DNA of 64,000 bases from Vicugna vicugna (taxonomy: Eukaryota), in NCBI GenBank assembly GCA_013265495.1, contig MU057801.1, forward strand, positions 1,109,879-1,173,878. Reading direction: 5' to 3'. The notes under the pieces are model-generated. The model saw only the letters and a program-made list of their open reading frames with translations, searched no databases and was not told the origin of the DNA. Both the position numbers and the translations under genes were made by a program. Shown in pieces: positions 50,051-62,632 of the stretch. The first letter of the stretch is position 1, and each line of letters begins with the position of its first letter.

Positions 50051-53029
50051 TAAAAAAGCACAAACGTATTTAACTGGCCTGTATTTTCCTCTTTACACAT
50101 GCACAAGAGTGAAATGATTTTTTCTTTTCTTAATTTAAAAATTTTTTCATTTAGAAAATATTTTTCCAATTATAGTAAAATACACATAAAATTTACATCA
50201 TTGCCACTTTCGTGTCCGGTTCAGTGGCAGGAAGTCCATTCACTCTCCAGGGCTGTGCTGCGTCTGGTGCCCCTGGAACTCTGTGCCCCAGTATCACACA
50301 GTAACCCCCATTCCCAGCCCCTGGAATGAAGCCGCTCTCCAGGCCTCACACCAGCACGGCTGACGGGGGCCCCCCAGCCCTCAGCGGACGCTGGCCCCAG
50401 GGGTGCGTGGACAGCGCGGGTCCCAGCTCTGCGGGCTCCGCCGTGAGCAGGGCGCGTGGCAGGGGGCGGGACCATCACCCCACTGTCTGTGCCGCCAACG
50501 TCCCCCAGTCCTGCTCCTGGAACACACTGCGGAGGGACTGTTCTAAACAGGGAAACCCGATCAGAGGTGAATGCTGCCAGTTGAACCACCAAAGTCGACC
50601 TTACTAAGCTCTGTCCCCAGGACCCATCCCCGGAGCTCCCGATGGAGGCCTGTCCGGGGTCTCCCATCACAGCGGGAAACCACACATCCCCCAGGACGAA
50701 ACCCTTCCGGGGCCAGCCCGGCTGAACGCCCTACGCAGACAAGGCCCATAAAGTCTCCTGCTGCGTCTGGGACTCGGCTGTCCCTGAACTTTCCATCTCA
50801 GTGAATTGCTTTTCTAATCACATTCCTTTTCCAATGACCAACGTGCCTCTCTGCCCCTCCCAGACCTTCCCCACTGCCACCTGGTCGGTCCCAGCTGCTG
50901 GGCCTGCGGACCTACGAGGTGTGCCTACGCCCCGTTCTCTCTCACGTGTCAGCTTGTGAATTCCCTCCTCCTTTTCCTCAAGAGAAACAACTACAAACCC
51001 TAGCCGCTGTCATCCAGCTCTCAAGCTTTCATCCGCTTCCCGGATGCCTGTCACCAGCGCCTGTGTCATGAGCAGAGTGCTTCGGTGACGCTCACATGTT
51101 GATGTAGCGAACTGGCGAAAACATATTAAAGGGGATGGTGGCACCACCAGCCCCAAAGCCAAGCAGATAAGGACTATATTACTGGAGAACTCACCCTGAG
51201 TGACAGACACTGAGCTCATCCCGTGCAAAGAGCCATCAGTATTCAGCAGCCAAGATTGCAAGTCTAACCGCTTTGGGCAGTGGTTTTATACAGTGACTTC
51301 AAAATCTTCCAGAAATCTCTGGCTCCTGGAGGTAGCTCCCTGTAAATCTTTTCTTTTGAAAGATACGGTGTTGTCATCTGCCTCCCTTGGCTAATGTTTC
51401 CCATTTCCTCCGGCCAGGCCAGCCACTGACGCCAGGGCTGATATTTGATGACAGATGGCTCTGTGAGCTTGGGGAAGGCCACATCTCACTTTTGGAAGGA
51501 GGGCAATGCCCAGGTTCCTCTGGAGCCTCATTTATCACACGATTATTCCGCACAAGCTCATTTGACGTAAAACATCCTGCCAGTCAACTTGATCTTGCTC
51601 TTCCCCAGCTGTCGGGCTGGCAGCTCTGAGATGGAGACAGATGATACTGACAGACAGGACGCCAGCCATCTCCTGCCTTCCCAGACTTAAAGCCGGATGC
51701 TTCCCAACCGAGGGAACGTGCTGGAGAAAACAGCCAGCAAGACGCTCCGCAGCCCCCTGCGCTCAGTCACCGCGGTGCTTTCCTGCGGGGCGTTTGTAGG
51801 GCCCTGTTTCCAGGCCTTCCTCGCGCTTGTGAGCGCACTTACGGCCACGGTAGGAAGTCAGCTGAAATCAAACTGCACGGCTTCTTCCAGGGCCACGAGG
51901 ATGGCAGTCAGCCTTGCATCCCAGTCCCAGTTCTTGCCAAGGACCAGTTCTTTCTCCCTTTTCAGAGATGCCTGCACCTGATCTCAAGGATCAGACAGTT
52001 CTCAGAGACATTTTTGCAATGCCGTAAGAAGTAACACTCTCTCACTTAACAAGCGCAAGCAACGAACATCAGCTAACGGTACTCCTGTTTGCTGCACTGC
52101 GCAAACACACAAAGGGCTGCCTGTGCGTGGATTCAGTCAGGAGGTTCCCCGCAGGCGGAGTCTCAAAGGACCAATAGGAGTTTGGCAAGTGGTCTGCTGG
52201 GGGTTCAGGAACTCTGGGCATGCGTGTGATGCGAGAGGCCCGTGGCCAGGAAGTCATTTTTACCTGTGAGCTGTTAGAATTTTCTCATTCCCAGAGAGCT
52301 CGTGTTGGGCTCCCGAGTCTCACGTGGTGAGGCTGAGCCTCAGCAAGTGCCCTTGGGAGGACGTGGAGGAGAAAGACTATTAACACGCATGTGGGAGTCA
52401 GGGCACAGGAGCCACGTGGGCACTGAGGACAGGCAGGGGAGAAGCTTCAGCTATGATGCAGTGAGAAACTCGTCCTACGTGTCCAGAGGGCAAGGATCCA
52501 AATTGGCAGAGGGAGGAGTCTGGGAAGGTGGTGGACCAGGAAGCCCCAGGAATCGGTCTCCTTACCTGTCTCTGTACTGGCAGAACGTGGACGATGAAAC
52601 TGCCCTGGGGCTCTGGGGTCTACATCAAGGCTCTAAACTTCTGGAGGAGGGCTTGTGTGGTAAATTACAGCTAATTTTGGCCAATTTCAGCTCCCAGCAT
52701 GGTGGCAGATGCCCACCCCCTGACACCCCTTATCCACACAGCAGGCAGCTGTGCCTGAGTTCCTGGAGCAGCTTACGGGCAGCTTTGGGAGCCAGAGCAG
52801 GCAATGAGGACCTTGACCTCCAGAAAGTGGGGTCTGTGTTCTGATTGCTCCTTCTGATCTTGGAGGTGCAGAAACTAGGCAGGTGGCCAGTGCTGAACCC
52901 CTGCAGTGCTGCAAGCCCCTCCCCATCCAGCTGAATCAACTTCTAGGGGAATCAAAGGGCCAGGAGCCATCCCCCTTCCCCTTCCCTTTGTTTTTCCGCT
53001 TTTCCCTTTTGGGGGCCAGATATTTAAAA

Positions 53030-54375
53030 TCCAGGACTTTCGCAAGGAACCACAAATTCGAGGGAATTTATAAAGTCACCACGTAAGCCCGGGGAAATAC
53101 GCAGGCTGAAAAAACACCTGAGAAGAACGTATGTTTATACCTCAGGCTGATCCCCACCCTATACATGACCTAAAACAAGCAAGACAAAACAAAACAAAAC
53201 AAAAAAAAACCATCCAACCCCGAGGAAGGGGGAGAATTTGATTTCCAGACTTACTACATTATTAGATTCAAATGTTCAGTTTTCAATAAAAAATTCACAA
53301 AGCATACAGGAAAGAACAACCCGTTCAAAGGAAAAAAGAAAAAGAAAAAAAGAAACCAACAGAACCAACCAATGAGAAAGACCGAAGGGCAGAACTGCTA
53401 GACAAAGACGACCGCCTTAAAAACGCTCAGAGAACTGGAGGGAGACACAGGGAGTCAAGAAAACAACATACGAGCAAAGTGGAAGCATCAGTAAAGAGAC
53501 AGGAAACCCAAGAAGGAATTCTGAAACTGACAAGTGTATAACTGAAATAAAAAATTCACTGGAGGGATTCAAAGGCATATCTGAGCAGCCAGAAGAAAAA
53601 AAAATCAGTGAACTTCAAGACAGGACAATAAGTTATTGAGTCTGAGGAACAGAAAGATAAAAAATAGAAGAAAAGTGAACAGAGCCTAAGGGACTTGTGG
53701 GACATGATAAACTGGACCAACAAACACATTTGGGAATCTCAGAAGGAGAAGAGAGAGAGATAAAGGGACAGAGATTATTTGAAGAAATAATGACCAAAAA
53801 CTTTCCAAATTTGATGAAAGACATGACTGTAAATATTTAAGAAGCTCAACAAACTCCTGTAAGAGGAGCTCAGAGACCCATACCAAGACTCATTACAGTC
53901 ACGCGGCAGAGCAGCCAAGAAAGAGAGAAGCTTAAAAGCAGCAAGAGGGAAGTAACACATCCCCTGCGAGGGGTGCTCCGTCAGGTTGTCAGCAGATTTC
54001 TCACCAAAACTTTCCACCCAGAAGGCAGTGGGGCAGTTGTATTCAAAGTGCTGAAAGGAAAAAAACTGTCAACCAAGAACCCTACATCCAGCAAAATTGC
54101 CCCAGAAATTAAGACATTCTCAGATAAACAAAAGCTGAGAAAGTTGGTTTCCATTGGACCTTCCCTGCAAGGAATACTGAGGGGAATCCTGCAGATTGAA
54201 ATGAAAGGACACTAGACAGTAACCTGAAGCTGTGTGAAGAAATCAGTATCTCAGTAAAGATAAATACATGGGCAATTGTAAAAGCTAGTATTATTTGAAA
54301 CTTGGTTTATAACTCAATTTTTTATATTCTACATGATTTAAGAGACTAATACATTTTTTCACAAGCATTATTTTA
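53030..54375 (+). mobile_element. Old L1 copy B, left part (5' region, ORF1, inter-ORF)
   Basis: ORF1 remnant FKVLKGKK...PEIKTFSDKQKLRK...LQGILRGILQ followed by AT-rich inter-ORF sequence; interrupted by copy C. Confidence 0.8.
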
Positions 54376-56271
54376 GGAGAGCTGGTCAAGATGGAGGAGT
54401 GGTAGGACCACAAGCTCGCCTCTCCTCATGACTACAGCAAAGCCACAGCTGACTGCTCAACAACCATCGGGGGAAAAAAGACCAGAACCTAGCAAAAAGG
54501 ATCTTCTGCAACTGGAAACATAAAGCGGGAACCACAGCAGGATGGTAGGAGGGCTGTGCTCACAATAGAATCAGGCCCCATTCCCCCCGGGTGGCCAACC
54601 CACAAGCTGAAGAATAATTAAGTCGCAGAGGCACTCCCACAGAAGTGAGAGCTCTGAGACCCACATCAGGCTCCCCAGCCTGGGGTTCCAGCACTGGGAG
54701 GTGGAGATCCCAAGACATCTGGTTTTGAAGGCCAGCAGGATTTAACTCCAGGTGCCCCACCGGACTGGGGGAAAAAGACTTCATTTGCCTGGGAAGTGTA
54801 CTTTGAATCTCACGTGTACCACGTCCAAGGGCAGAGACAGTGATTTTATAGAAACCTGGGCCAGACCTGCCTGCTGGATTTGGAGGGTCTCTCCTGGGGA
54901 TGTGCGGCACGGCTAGGGCTCACTCAGGGGACATAAAAGCTGGTGGCGGACATTCCGGGAGTGTTAATCTACATGAGCTTTCCTGGAGGCTGACATCTTG
55001 ATTGGATCATTAGCACCAAGACCTAGTGCCCCAGAATAGCGAGCGGGCTTAAGGCTGGGAAGCCTCAGGCCAAACATCATATAGGCTGGGAACACAGCCC
55101 CGCCCAGCAGCAGACCTCCTGAGCCACAAAGGTCTCTAGACACAGCCCTACCCACCAGAGGTCCAGGACCAAGCCTCACCCAGCAGTGGGCAGGCACTGG
55201 ATCCTCCTGCCAGGAACCCTGCATAAGCCTCTAGTCCAGCCTCATCCACCAGGGCAGATACTAGAAATAAGAAAACAACAATCCCAAAGCCTGTGGAAGG
55301 AATCCACAAACACAGGCCAGTCTACACTGGGAGCAGCTGGACCCTGGTCCTTGGGTGACAATGAGAGACGCGTACTACTGGGACGCATGGGACGTCTCCC
55401 ACAGAGGGCCACCTCTCCAAGGTCAAGAAAAGTAACTAATCTACCTAAAAATACAAATAGAAAGAAAGACAATATGAGGGGGCAGAGGAATATCTTCCAG
55501 GCCAAGGCACAATAGAAAATCCCAGAAGAAATACGTGATGAGGAGATAGGCAATTTATCTGAGAAAGAGTTTAGAGTAATGATGGTGAAGATGTTCAGAG
55601 AACTCAAGAGGAATATAGATGCACAGAGTGAAGTTTTTAGCAAAGAGTTGGAAAATATAAAGAATACTCAAACAGAGTTGAAGAATAAAATCACTGAAAT
55701 GAATAATACACTAGAAGGAACCAAGAACAGACTAAGTGAGGCAGAAGGAGGGATCAGTGAGCTAGAAGACAGATTAGTGGAAATCACCACTGAAGAACAG
55801 CAAAAAGAAAAGAAACAAGGATAGTTTAAGAGAACCCTGGGAAAACATGAAGTGCATTAATGTTCACATTATAGGGGTCCCAGAAGGAGAAGAGAGAAAG
55901 GACCTGAGAAAATTTTTGAAGAGATACTAACCAAAAACTTCCCTAACTTGGGAAAGGAAACAGTCACCCAAATCCATGAAACACAGAGAGTTCCACACAG
56001 GATCAACCCAAAGAGAAACACACCAAGGCACTTAGTAATCAAATTGACACAAATTAAAGATAAGGGGAAAATATTAAAAGCAGCAAGAGAAAAGCAACAA
56101 ATAACATACAAGGGAATTTCCATAAGGTTATCAGCTGATTTTTCAGCAGAAACTCTACAGGCCAGAAGAGAGTGGCACGATATATTTAAAGTGATGAAAG
56201 AGAAAAACTTACAACCAAGAATACTCTATCCAGCAAGGCTCTCATTCAGACTTGATGGAGAAATCAAAAGC

Positions 56272-56273
<2 letters not shown>

Positions 56274-56319
<46 letters not shown>
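56274..56319 (+). repeat. (CA)23 microsatellite within L1 ORF1
   Basis: 46-bp perfect CA run counted directly. Confidence 0.95.
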
Positions 56320-56322
<3 letters not shown>

Positions 56323-59300
56323 CAGCTTCACAGATAAACAAAAGCTGAAAGAATTCAGCACCACCAAACCGGCTTTACAACGAACGTTAAAGGAGCTTCT
56401 CATCAAATCCCAAGAAAAGAGAACAAGAAGAAGAGAGAAAAAGACCTACAAAACAAAGCCAAAACAATTAACAAAATGGCAATAAGAACAAACGTATGGA
56501 TAATCACCATGAATGTAAATGGTTTAAAAGCTTCAACCAAAAGACACAGACTGACAGAATGGACACAAAGACAAGACCCACACACACGCTGTCTGCAAGA
56601 GACCCACTTCAGAGCTAGAGACACATGCAGGCTGAAAATGAGGAGATGGAAAAGAATATTTCATGCAAACAGAAACCAAAAGAAAGCTGGAGTAGCAATA
56701 TTTACATCAGACAAAATAGATTTTAGAGTAAAGACTGTTACAAGAGAAAAAGAAGGACACTACATAATGCTTCAGGGATCAATCCAAGAAGAGGATACAA
56801 CAGTTGCAAACACAGGGGCACCTCCGTATATAAGGCGACTGTTAACAGACATAAAAGGAGAAATGGACAATAACACAGTAACAGTGGGGGACCGTAACAC
56901 CCCACTTACATCAATGGACAGATCACCCAGACAGAAAATCAATAATACAGGCCTTAAATGACACATTAGACCAGATGGACTTAACTGATATCTACAGAGC
57001 ATTCCATCCGAAAGCCACAGAATATACATTCTTCTCAAGTGCACGTGGAACATTCTTCAGAATTGACCACACGTTGGCCCACAAGGCAAGCCTCGGTAAA
57101 TTTAAGAAAATTGACATGCCAAGCATCTTTTCTGACCATAATGCTATAAGGTTAGAAATCAACTACAAAAACAAAAAATTGCAAAAACTGCAAACACATG
57201 GGTGCTAAACAATATACTACTAAACCACCAATGGATCACTGAGAAATCAAAGAGGAAATAAAAAAATACTTTCAGACAAAAGAAAATGAAAACAATGATC
57301 CAAAGCCTCCGGGGCGCAGCAAAGGCAGTTCTCAGAGGGAAGCTTATAGCGACACAAGCCCACCTCAGGAAACAAGGAAAACCTCAGACGACCTCACCTC
57401 AGACCTAACGCCGCCGGAGAAAGAAGAACAAACAAAACCCGAAGTTACTAGGAGAAAAGAAATCATAAAGATTAGAGCAGAAAAGAAATGAAAAAGAGAC
57501 TTTAAAAAAATAGAAAAGATCAATGAAATTAAAAGTTTATTCTTTGAAAAGATAAACTAAATTGACAAACCTTTAGTCAGACTCTTCAGGAAAAAAAGAG
57601 GGGCCAAATTAATAAAATCAGAAATGAAAAAAGAGACGTCACAGCTCACGTCACAGAAATACAAGGGACCATAAGAGGCCACTCTGAGCAAGTGTACGCC
57701 AACAAGAAGGACAACCTAGAAGAAATGGACAATGCCTTAGAGAGAGACAATTTGCCAAGACTGAACCATGAGGAAACAGAGACTATGAATAGACCAACTG
57801 CCAGTATTGAAATTGAATCAGTAATTTAAAAACTCAACAAACAGAAGTCCAGGACCAGTTGGCTTCACAGGCTAATTCTACCAAACGTTTAGAGAAGAGT
57901 TAACCCCTGTCCTTCTGAAACTATTCCAAAGAACCGCAGAGGAAGGAACACTTCCAAACTTATTCTATGAGGCCATCATCACCCTGATGCCAAAACCAAA
58001 TAAAGATACCACAAAAAAAAGAAAATTACTGGCCAATATCACTTATAAATATAGATGCAAAAGTCCTCAACAAAATACCAGCAAATCAACCCGAACAATA
58101 CATCAAAAGGAACATACACTATGACCAAGTGGGATTTGTCTCAGGGTGCAAGGATTTTTCAATATCTGCAGTCGATCAATGTGATACAATATGTTAACAC
58201 ATTGAAGAATAAAAACCTTATGATCATCTCAACAGATGCAAAAAACGCTTTTGATAAAATTCAACATTCATCTAGGATAAAAACTGTCCAGAAAGTGGGC
58301 ATAGACGGAACATACATCAACATAATAAAGGCCATATGTGACAAACCCACAGCTAACATCATACTCACTGGTGAAAAACTGAAAGCATTTCCTCTAAGAT
58401 CAGGAACAAGCAAGGATGCGCACTCTCACCACTTTTATGCAACATAATTTTGGAAGTCCTAGCCACAGCAATCAGAGAAGGAAAAGAAAAGGAATCTAAA
58501 TTGAAAACAAAGAAGTAAAACTGTCACTGTTTGCAGATGACATGATACTATACACAGAAAATCCTAAAGATGCTACCAGAAAACCACTAGAGCTCGTCAA
58601 GGAATTCAGTAAAAATTGCAGGATACAAAATCAAGGCACAGAAATCAGTTGCATTTCTATACACTAACAACAAAATATTAGAAAGAGAAATTAGGGATGC
58701 AGTCCCATTCACCATCACATCTGAAAGAAAAAATATCCAGGAATAAACCTGCCTAAGGAGGCAAAACACCTGCACTCCAAAAACTGTGAGATGCTGATGA
58801 AAGAAGTGAAAGATGACACAGACAGATGGCAAGATATACTGCGTTCTTGGATTGGAAAAATCAATATTGTTAAAATGGCCATACTGCCCAAGGCAACATA
58901 CAGATTCAATGCAATTCCCTATCAAACTACCAATTACATTTCACACAGAACTAGAACAAAAAAATTTGTATGGAAACACAAAAGACCCCAAATGGCCAAG
59001 ACAGTCTTGAAAAAAAACAGAGCTGTGGGAATCACGCTCCCAGACTCCAGACTGCAGTACAAAGCTACAGTAATCAAAACAGTGTGGTCCTGGCACAAAA
59101 ACAGACACAGATCAATGGAAGAGGATAGGAAGCCCAGAAATAAACCCACACACTATGGTCAATTAATCTATGACAAAGAAGGCAAGAATATACAGTGGAG
59201 GAAAAACAGTCTCTTCAGTAAGTGGTGCTGGGAGAACTGGGCAGCTGCCTGTAAAAGGCTGAAATTAGAACATTCTATGACCCCATACACAAAAATAAAC

Positions 59301-59932
59301 TGAAAATGGATTAAAGACCTAAGTGTAAGACCAGAGACTATAAAACTCCTACAGGAAAACATAGGCAGAATACTCTTGGATATATACCATAGCAATATGT
59401 TTTTTTAAACCAGCTCCTGGAGTAATGAAAATAAAAGCAAAAGTAAACATATGGGATACAAACAGCTCATACACCTTAATATAAAAAAACAAGCAATCCA
59501 ATCCAAAAATGGACAGAAGACCTAGACATCTCTCCAAAGAAGACAGATGGCTAACAAGCACATGAAAAGATGCTCAACATCACTAATTATCAGGGAAATG
59601 CAAATCAAAACTACACCTCACATCAGTCAGAGTGGCCATCATTATAAAGTCCACAAATGATAAATGCTGGAGAGGCTGTGGAGAAAAAGGGAACCCTCCT
59701 GCACTGTTGGTGGGAATGTAAATTGGTACAGCCACTATGGAGGACAGTTTGGAGGTTCCTTAAAAACTAAAAATAGACTTACTGTATAATCCAGCAATCC
59801 CACTCCTGGGCATATATCTGGGGGAAAATATAAAAAGACACTTAGTGTCACAGCAACACTATTTACAACAGCCAAGACATGGAAACAACCTAAATGTCCA
59901 TCAATAGATGACTGGATAAGAAAGATGTGGTA

Positions 59933-60040
59933 AAAGAATGTGACAATGAATATAAGTATGTTCATGTATAACTGAAAAATTGTGCTCTACACTGGAAATT
60001 GACACAACATTGTAAACTAACTATAACTCAATTTAAAAAA
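59933..60040 (+). mobile_element. 108-bp 5'-truncated L1 3' tail nested in L1 copy C, 12-bp TSD
   Basis: TSD AAAGATGTGGTA at 59921-59932 and 60041-60052. The insert ends aactataactcaattt plus an A run. Confidence 0.9.
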
Positions 60041-60487
60041 AAAGATGTGGTATATGTATACAAAAGAATACTACTCAGCCATAAAAGGAATAAAATAATG
60101 CCATTTGCAGTAACATGGATGGATCTGGAGATTGTCATTCTAAGTGAAGTAAGTCAGAAAGAGAAAGAAAAATACCATATGGTATCACTTTCATATGTAA
60201 TCTTTAAAAAAGACACAAATGAACTTATCCACAAAACAGAAACAGACTCACAGTCACAGATAACAAACTTGTGGTTACCAGGGATTAAAGTGGGTGGGAA
60301 GGGTAAACTGGGAATTTGAAATGTGCACCTCTTGGTGTGTGGTGGAAATGTCAGCTATCTTGATTGTGGTAGTGGTTTTCATTGGTGTATACATCCATCA
60401 AAATTCATCAAATTGCACCTCTGAAATACGTGTAGTTTACTGACCAGAAACCACACCACAATAAAGGTGTTACGAAAGTATTATTTT

Positions 60488-61420
60488 TAAAGCTGTTATT
60501 ATAACTTTGGTTTTGTTATTCTATATTTTGTTTAATACAAATTTTAACGTATTAATGCATAAAAAACTAATTACTAGTGTGTTCTGGACACAACAAAAAA
60601 AGACATAATTTCATAACACCAATAACTAAAAAGGGGTGAGAACAGAGTTGTTCAGGGGCAGAGTTTTTATATGTTATTGAAGTTAAGTTGGCATAAATTC
60701 CAACTGGAGTGTTGTCATATTAGGATACTAAATATAATCCCCGTGGTAACCACAAAGAAAATAGCTATAGAACATACACAAAAGGAAAGGAGAAGGAAAT
60801 TAAAATCTCACTGCCAAAATCAACTAAACACAAGAGAAGCCAGTAATGCAAGAAATGAGGTACCAAAAAAGCTGTAAGGCATATAGAAAAAAAAATCAAA
60901 ATGATACAAGTCTCTCCTTATCAGTAATTATTTTAAATGTCAGTGGATTTAACTCTCCAATCGAAAGGCAGAGATTGACGGCATGGATCAGAGGAAACGT
61001 GACCCAGCTGCATGCTGCTCACAAGACACTCACTTTCGATCCAGAGACACAAATAGGCTGAAACCGACAGGATGGAGAAGGATCTTCCCTGCAAACAGTC
61101 ATCAAAAGAAAGCAGAGGCGGCTGTAAATAAGTCACAAAACGACAAACACTGTGCGGTTCCTCTGATCAGAGGGAGCTGGAGCAGCCACATTCACAGAGA
61201 CAAGGAGTGGCACAGTGGCTCCTGCCGGGCTGGGAAGAGCGGGAGCGGGGAGTTAAGGGTTTCAGGTGTGCAGCGTCTGCAGCGTTCTGGAGACGGGACA
61301 GTGGGGATGGTCACACAACAGTGTGGATGTACTTCACGCCACCAAACTCTTCACTTCCAGATGCCGATGATCGGTACATTTATGTATATTTTACCATTTT
61401 TCAAAAGTGCTAAGAAATTT
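60488..61420 (+). mobile_element. Old L1 copy B, right part (inter-ORF, endonuclease start, then L1MB-like 3' UTR)
   Basis: LSVIILNVSGFNSPIERQRL and CCSQDTHFRSRDTNRLK..GWRRIFPANSHQKKA (endonuclease N-terminus), joined at ~61128 directly to agtcacaaaacgacaaacactgtgcggttcc (3' UTR). Confidence 0.8.
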
Positions 61421-61749
61421 AAGTTTTTTAAAAATCCAAATTGGAGTCTTTATACTCCTAATGTCGCAAATGATAGTCTTTTTTCACAAGTGTGCGCCAT
61501 GGTCTGATAGCTTCAGGAAACACCTGACGTCACATCCCCCGTGCACACGAGCTTCTTGAGTCCTTGGGGAGGGGCTGCATAAGGGAACCCTTGTTTTCCC
61601 CTTTCCCGTGGAACAACTTGGTCACTGCGCTTCCACGGATGTGGCCCGGTGTGATCGGGGAGATGTCTGAGATGCGGTCATCTCTCGTGTGCCCCGGTCC
61701 TGTGGTTGCTGGCTCACAGCTCATTTCCTCCGGCCACCGCTCTGCACTG

Positions 61750-62180
61750 CTGTGGGTGGTGTGCTGTCCACCTGGTGGCCCCCAGGAGCTCCCTCCTCCT
61801 GGTCTTTACGTCTTCTGAATCTGGCCCGGCCCTGTGACCTGGAGCCAGGACTGAAGCTGAGGAAGGCCTGGCAGTTTCCACTTCTGCACTTTGAGGGGAG
61901 CCAGGGCCGGGAAGAAGTCTGGCTGCTCTGAGCCCAGAGTGGGCTGGGCGGAAGCCCACGCTAGCCGCGTGCAGAGGACAGATGTGTGTCCGGGAACCCA
62001 GGAACCCAGCCGATGGCCAGGCGTTCCGTTCGGCCCCCGCCCTCTGGGGCACCACAAGCGGCGAGGCTGGGAGAAGCAGAGATGGGATACCCGCCCCAAG
62101 TACAGGGAGGGAGCAGCCGAGCCATGGCTGTTGGAAGTCTCTGTGCCTCGGGCGGGTTTATCCGCAGGTGGCAGGCGTTC
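61750..62180 (+). mobile_element. MaLR LTR (MLT1-type) relic
   Basis: ggtggcccccaggagctccctcctcctggt...gaatctggcccggccctgtgacc...gaaggcctggcagtttccacttctgc...aagcccacgctagcc resembles MLT1F-like LTRs (recalled). Confidence 0.5.
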
Positions 62181-62525
62181 ACGACGGGGTGACTCCCACC
62201 TGCTGCGACTGGTCCTGAGCAGATGGCTGGGCCTTCTGACGACCTGCACGCTCTGTCCCCATGGCCACCTCCCCTTTGTTCCTGACGGCCTGCATCCCCC
62301 AGCCTGAGTCTCGAAGAAGGAGGCCCTCTCCCACCAAATCTCAATGTCACTATCGTACAATTCAGACAGTTAGCAGTAACTCAGTAAGGCCGTCCAACAG
62401 CAGTCCCTCCTCTAACTTCACGACTTGTGCCCCCAAATCTCTCTTACAGCATTTTTTTTTAAACTCCAGGAAGCCTAAGGCTTACTCATTGCAGTTGGTT
62501 TTTATAGACGTGAAGAGTTCTTGAC

Positions 62526-62632
62526 GGGGGAGGGAGATAGCTCAGTGGCAGAACATGTGCTTAGCAGGCACGAAGTCCTGGGTTCAATCCCCAGCACCCC
62601 CATTAAAGAAATGAAAAAAAAAGAAAAAAGAA
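62526..62632 (+). mobile_element. tRNA-Ala-like SINE (camelid-type) with degenerate TSD
   Basis: gggggagggagatagctcagtggcagaacatgtgcttagcaggcacgaagtcctgggttcaatccccagcacc plus A tail. Flanks AAGAGTTCTTGA (62513) and AAGAACTCTTGA (62633). Confidence 0.9.

Larger units (their letters stand above)
54376..60325 (+). mobile_element. Near-full-length inactive L1 copy C (5' UTR, ORF1 from ~55474, ORF2 from 56476)
   Basis: Starts ggagagctggtcaagatggaggag. ORF1 pieces (ELKNKITEMNNTLEG; ILKAAREKQQITYKG). Endonuclease start MAIRT...NVNGL...CLQETH and SDHN motif. RT FADD at 58530-58541. Many stops and frameshifts. Confidence 0.95.

Noticed and set aside
54270..54360. Similarity between 54280-54355 and 60489-60565 as a new duplication
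   Set aside because: The copies are quite diverged, and I recall such a tandem unit in the inter-ORF region of old L1s; probably intrinsic to copy B.
55474..59960. L1 ORF1/ORF2 as functional genes or an active element
   Set aside because: Multiple stops, frameshifts, a microsatellite and internal deletions.
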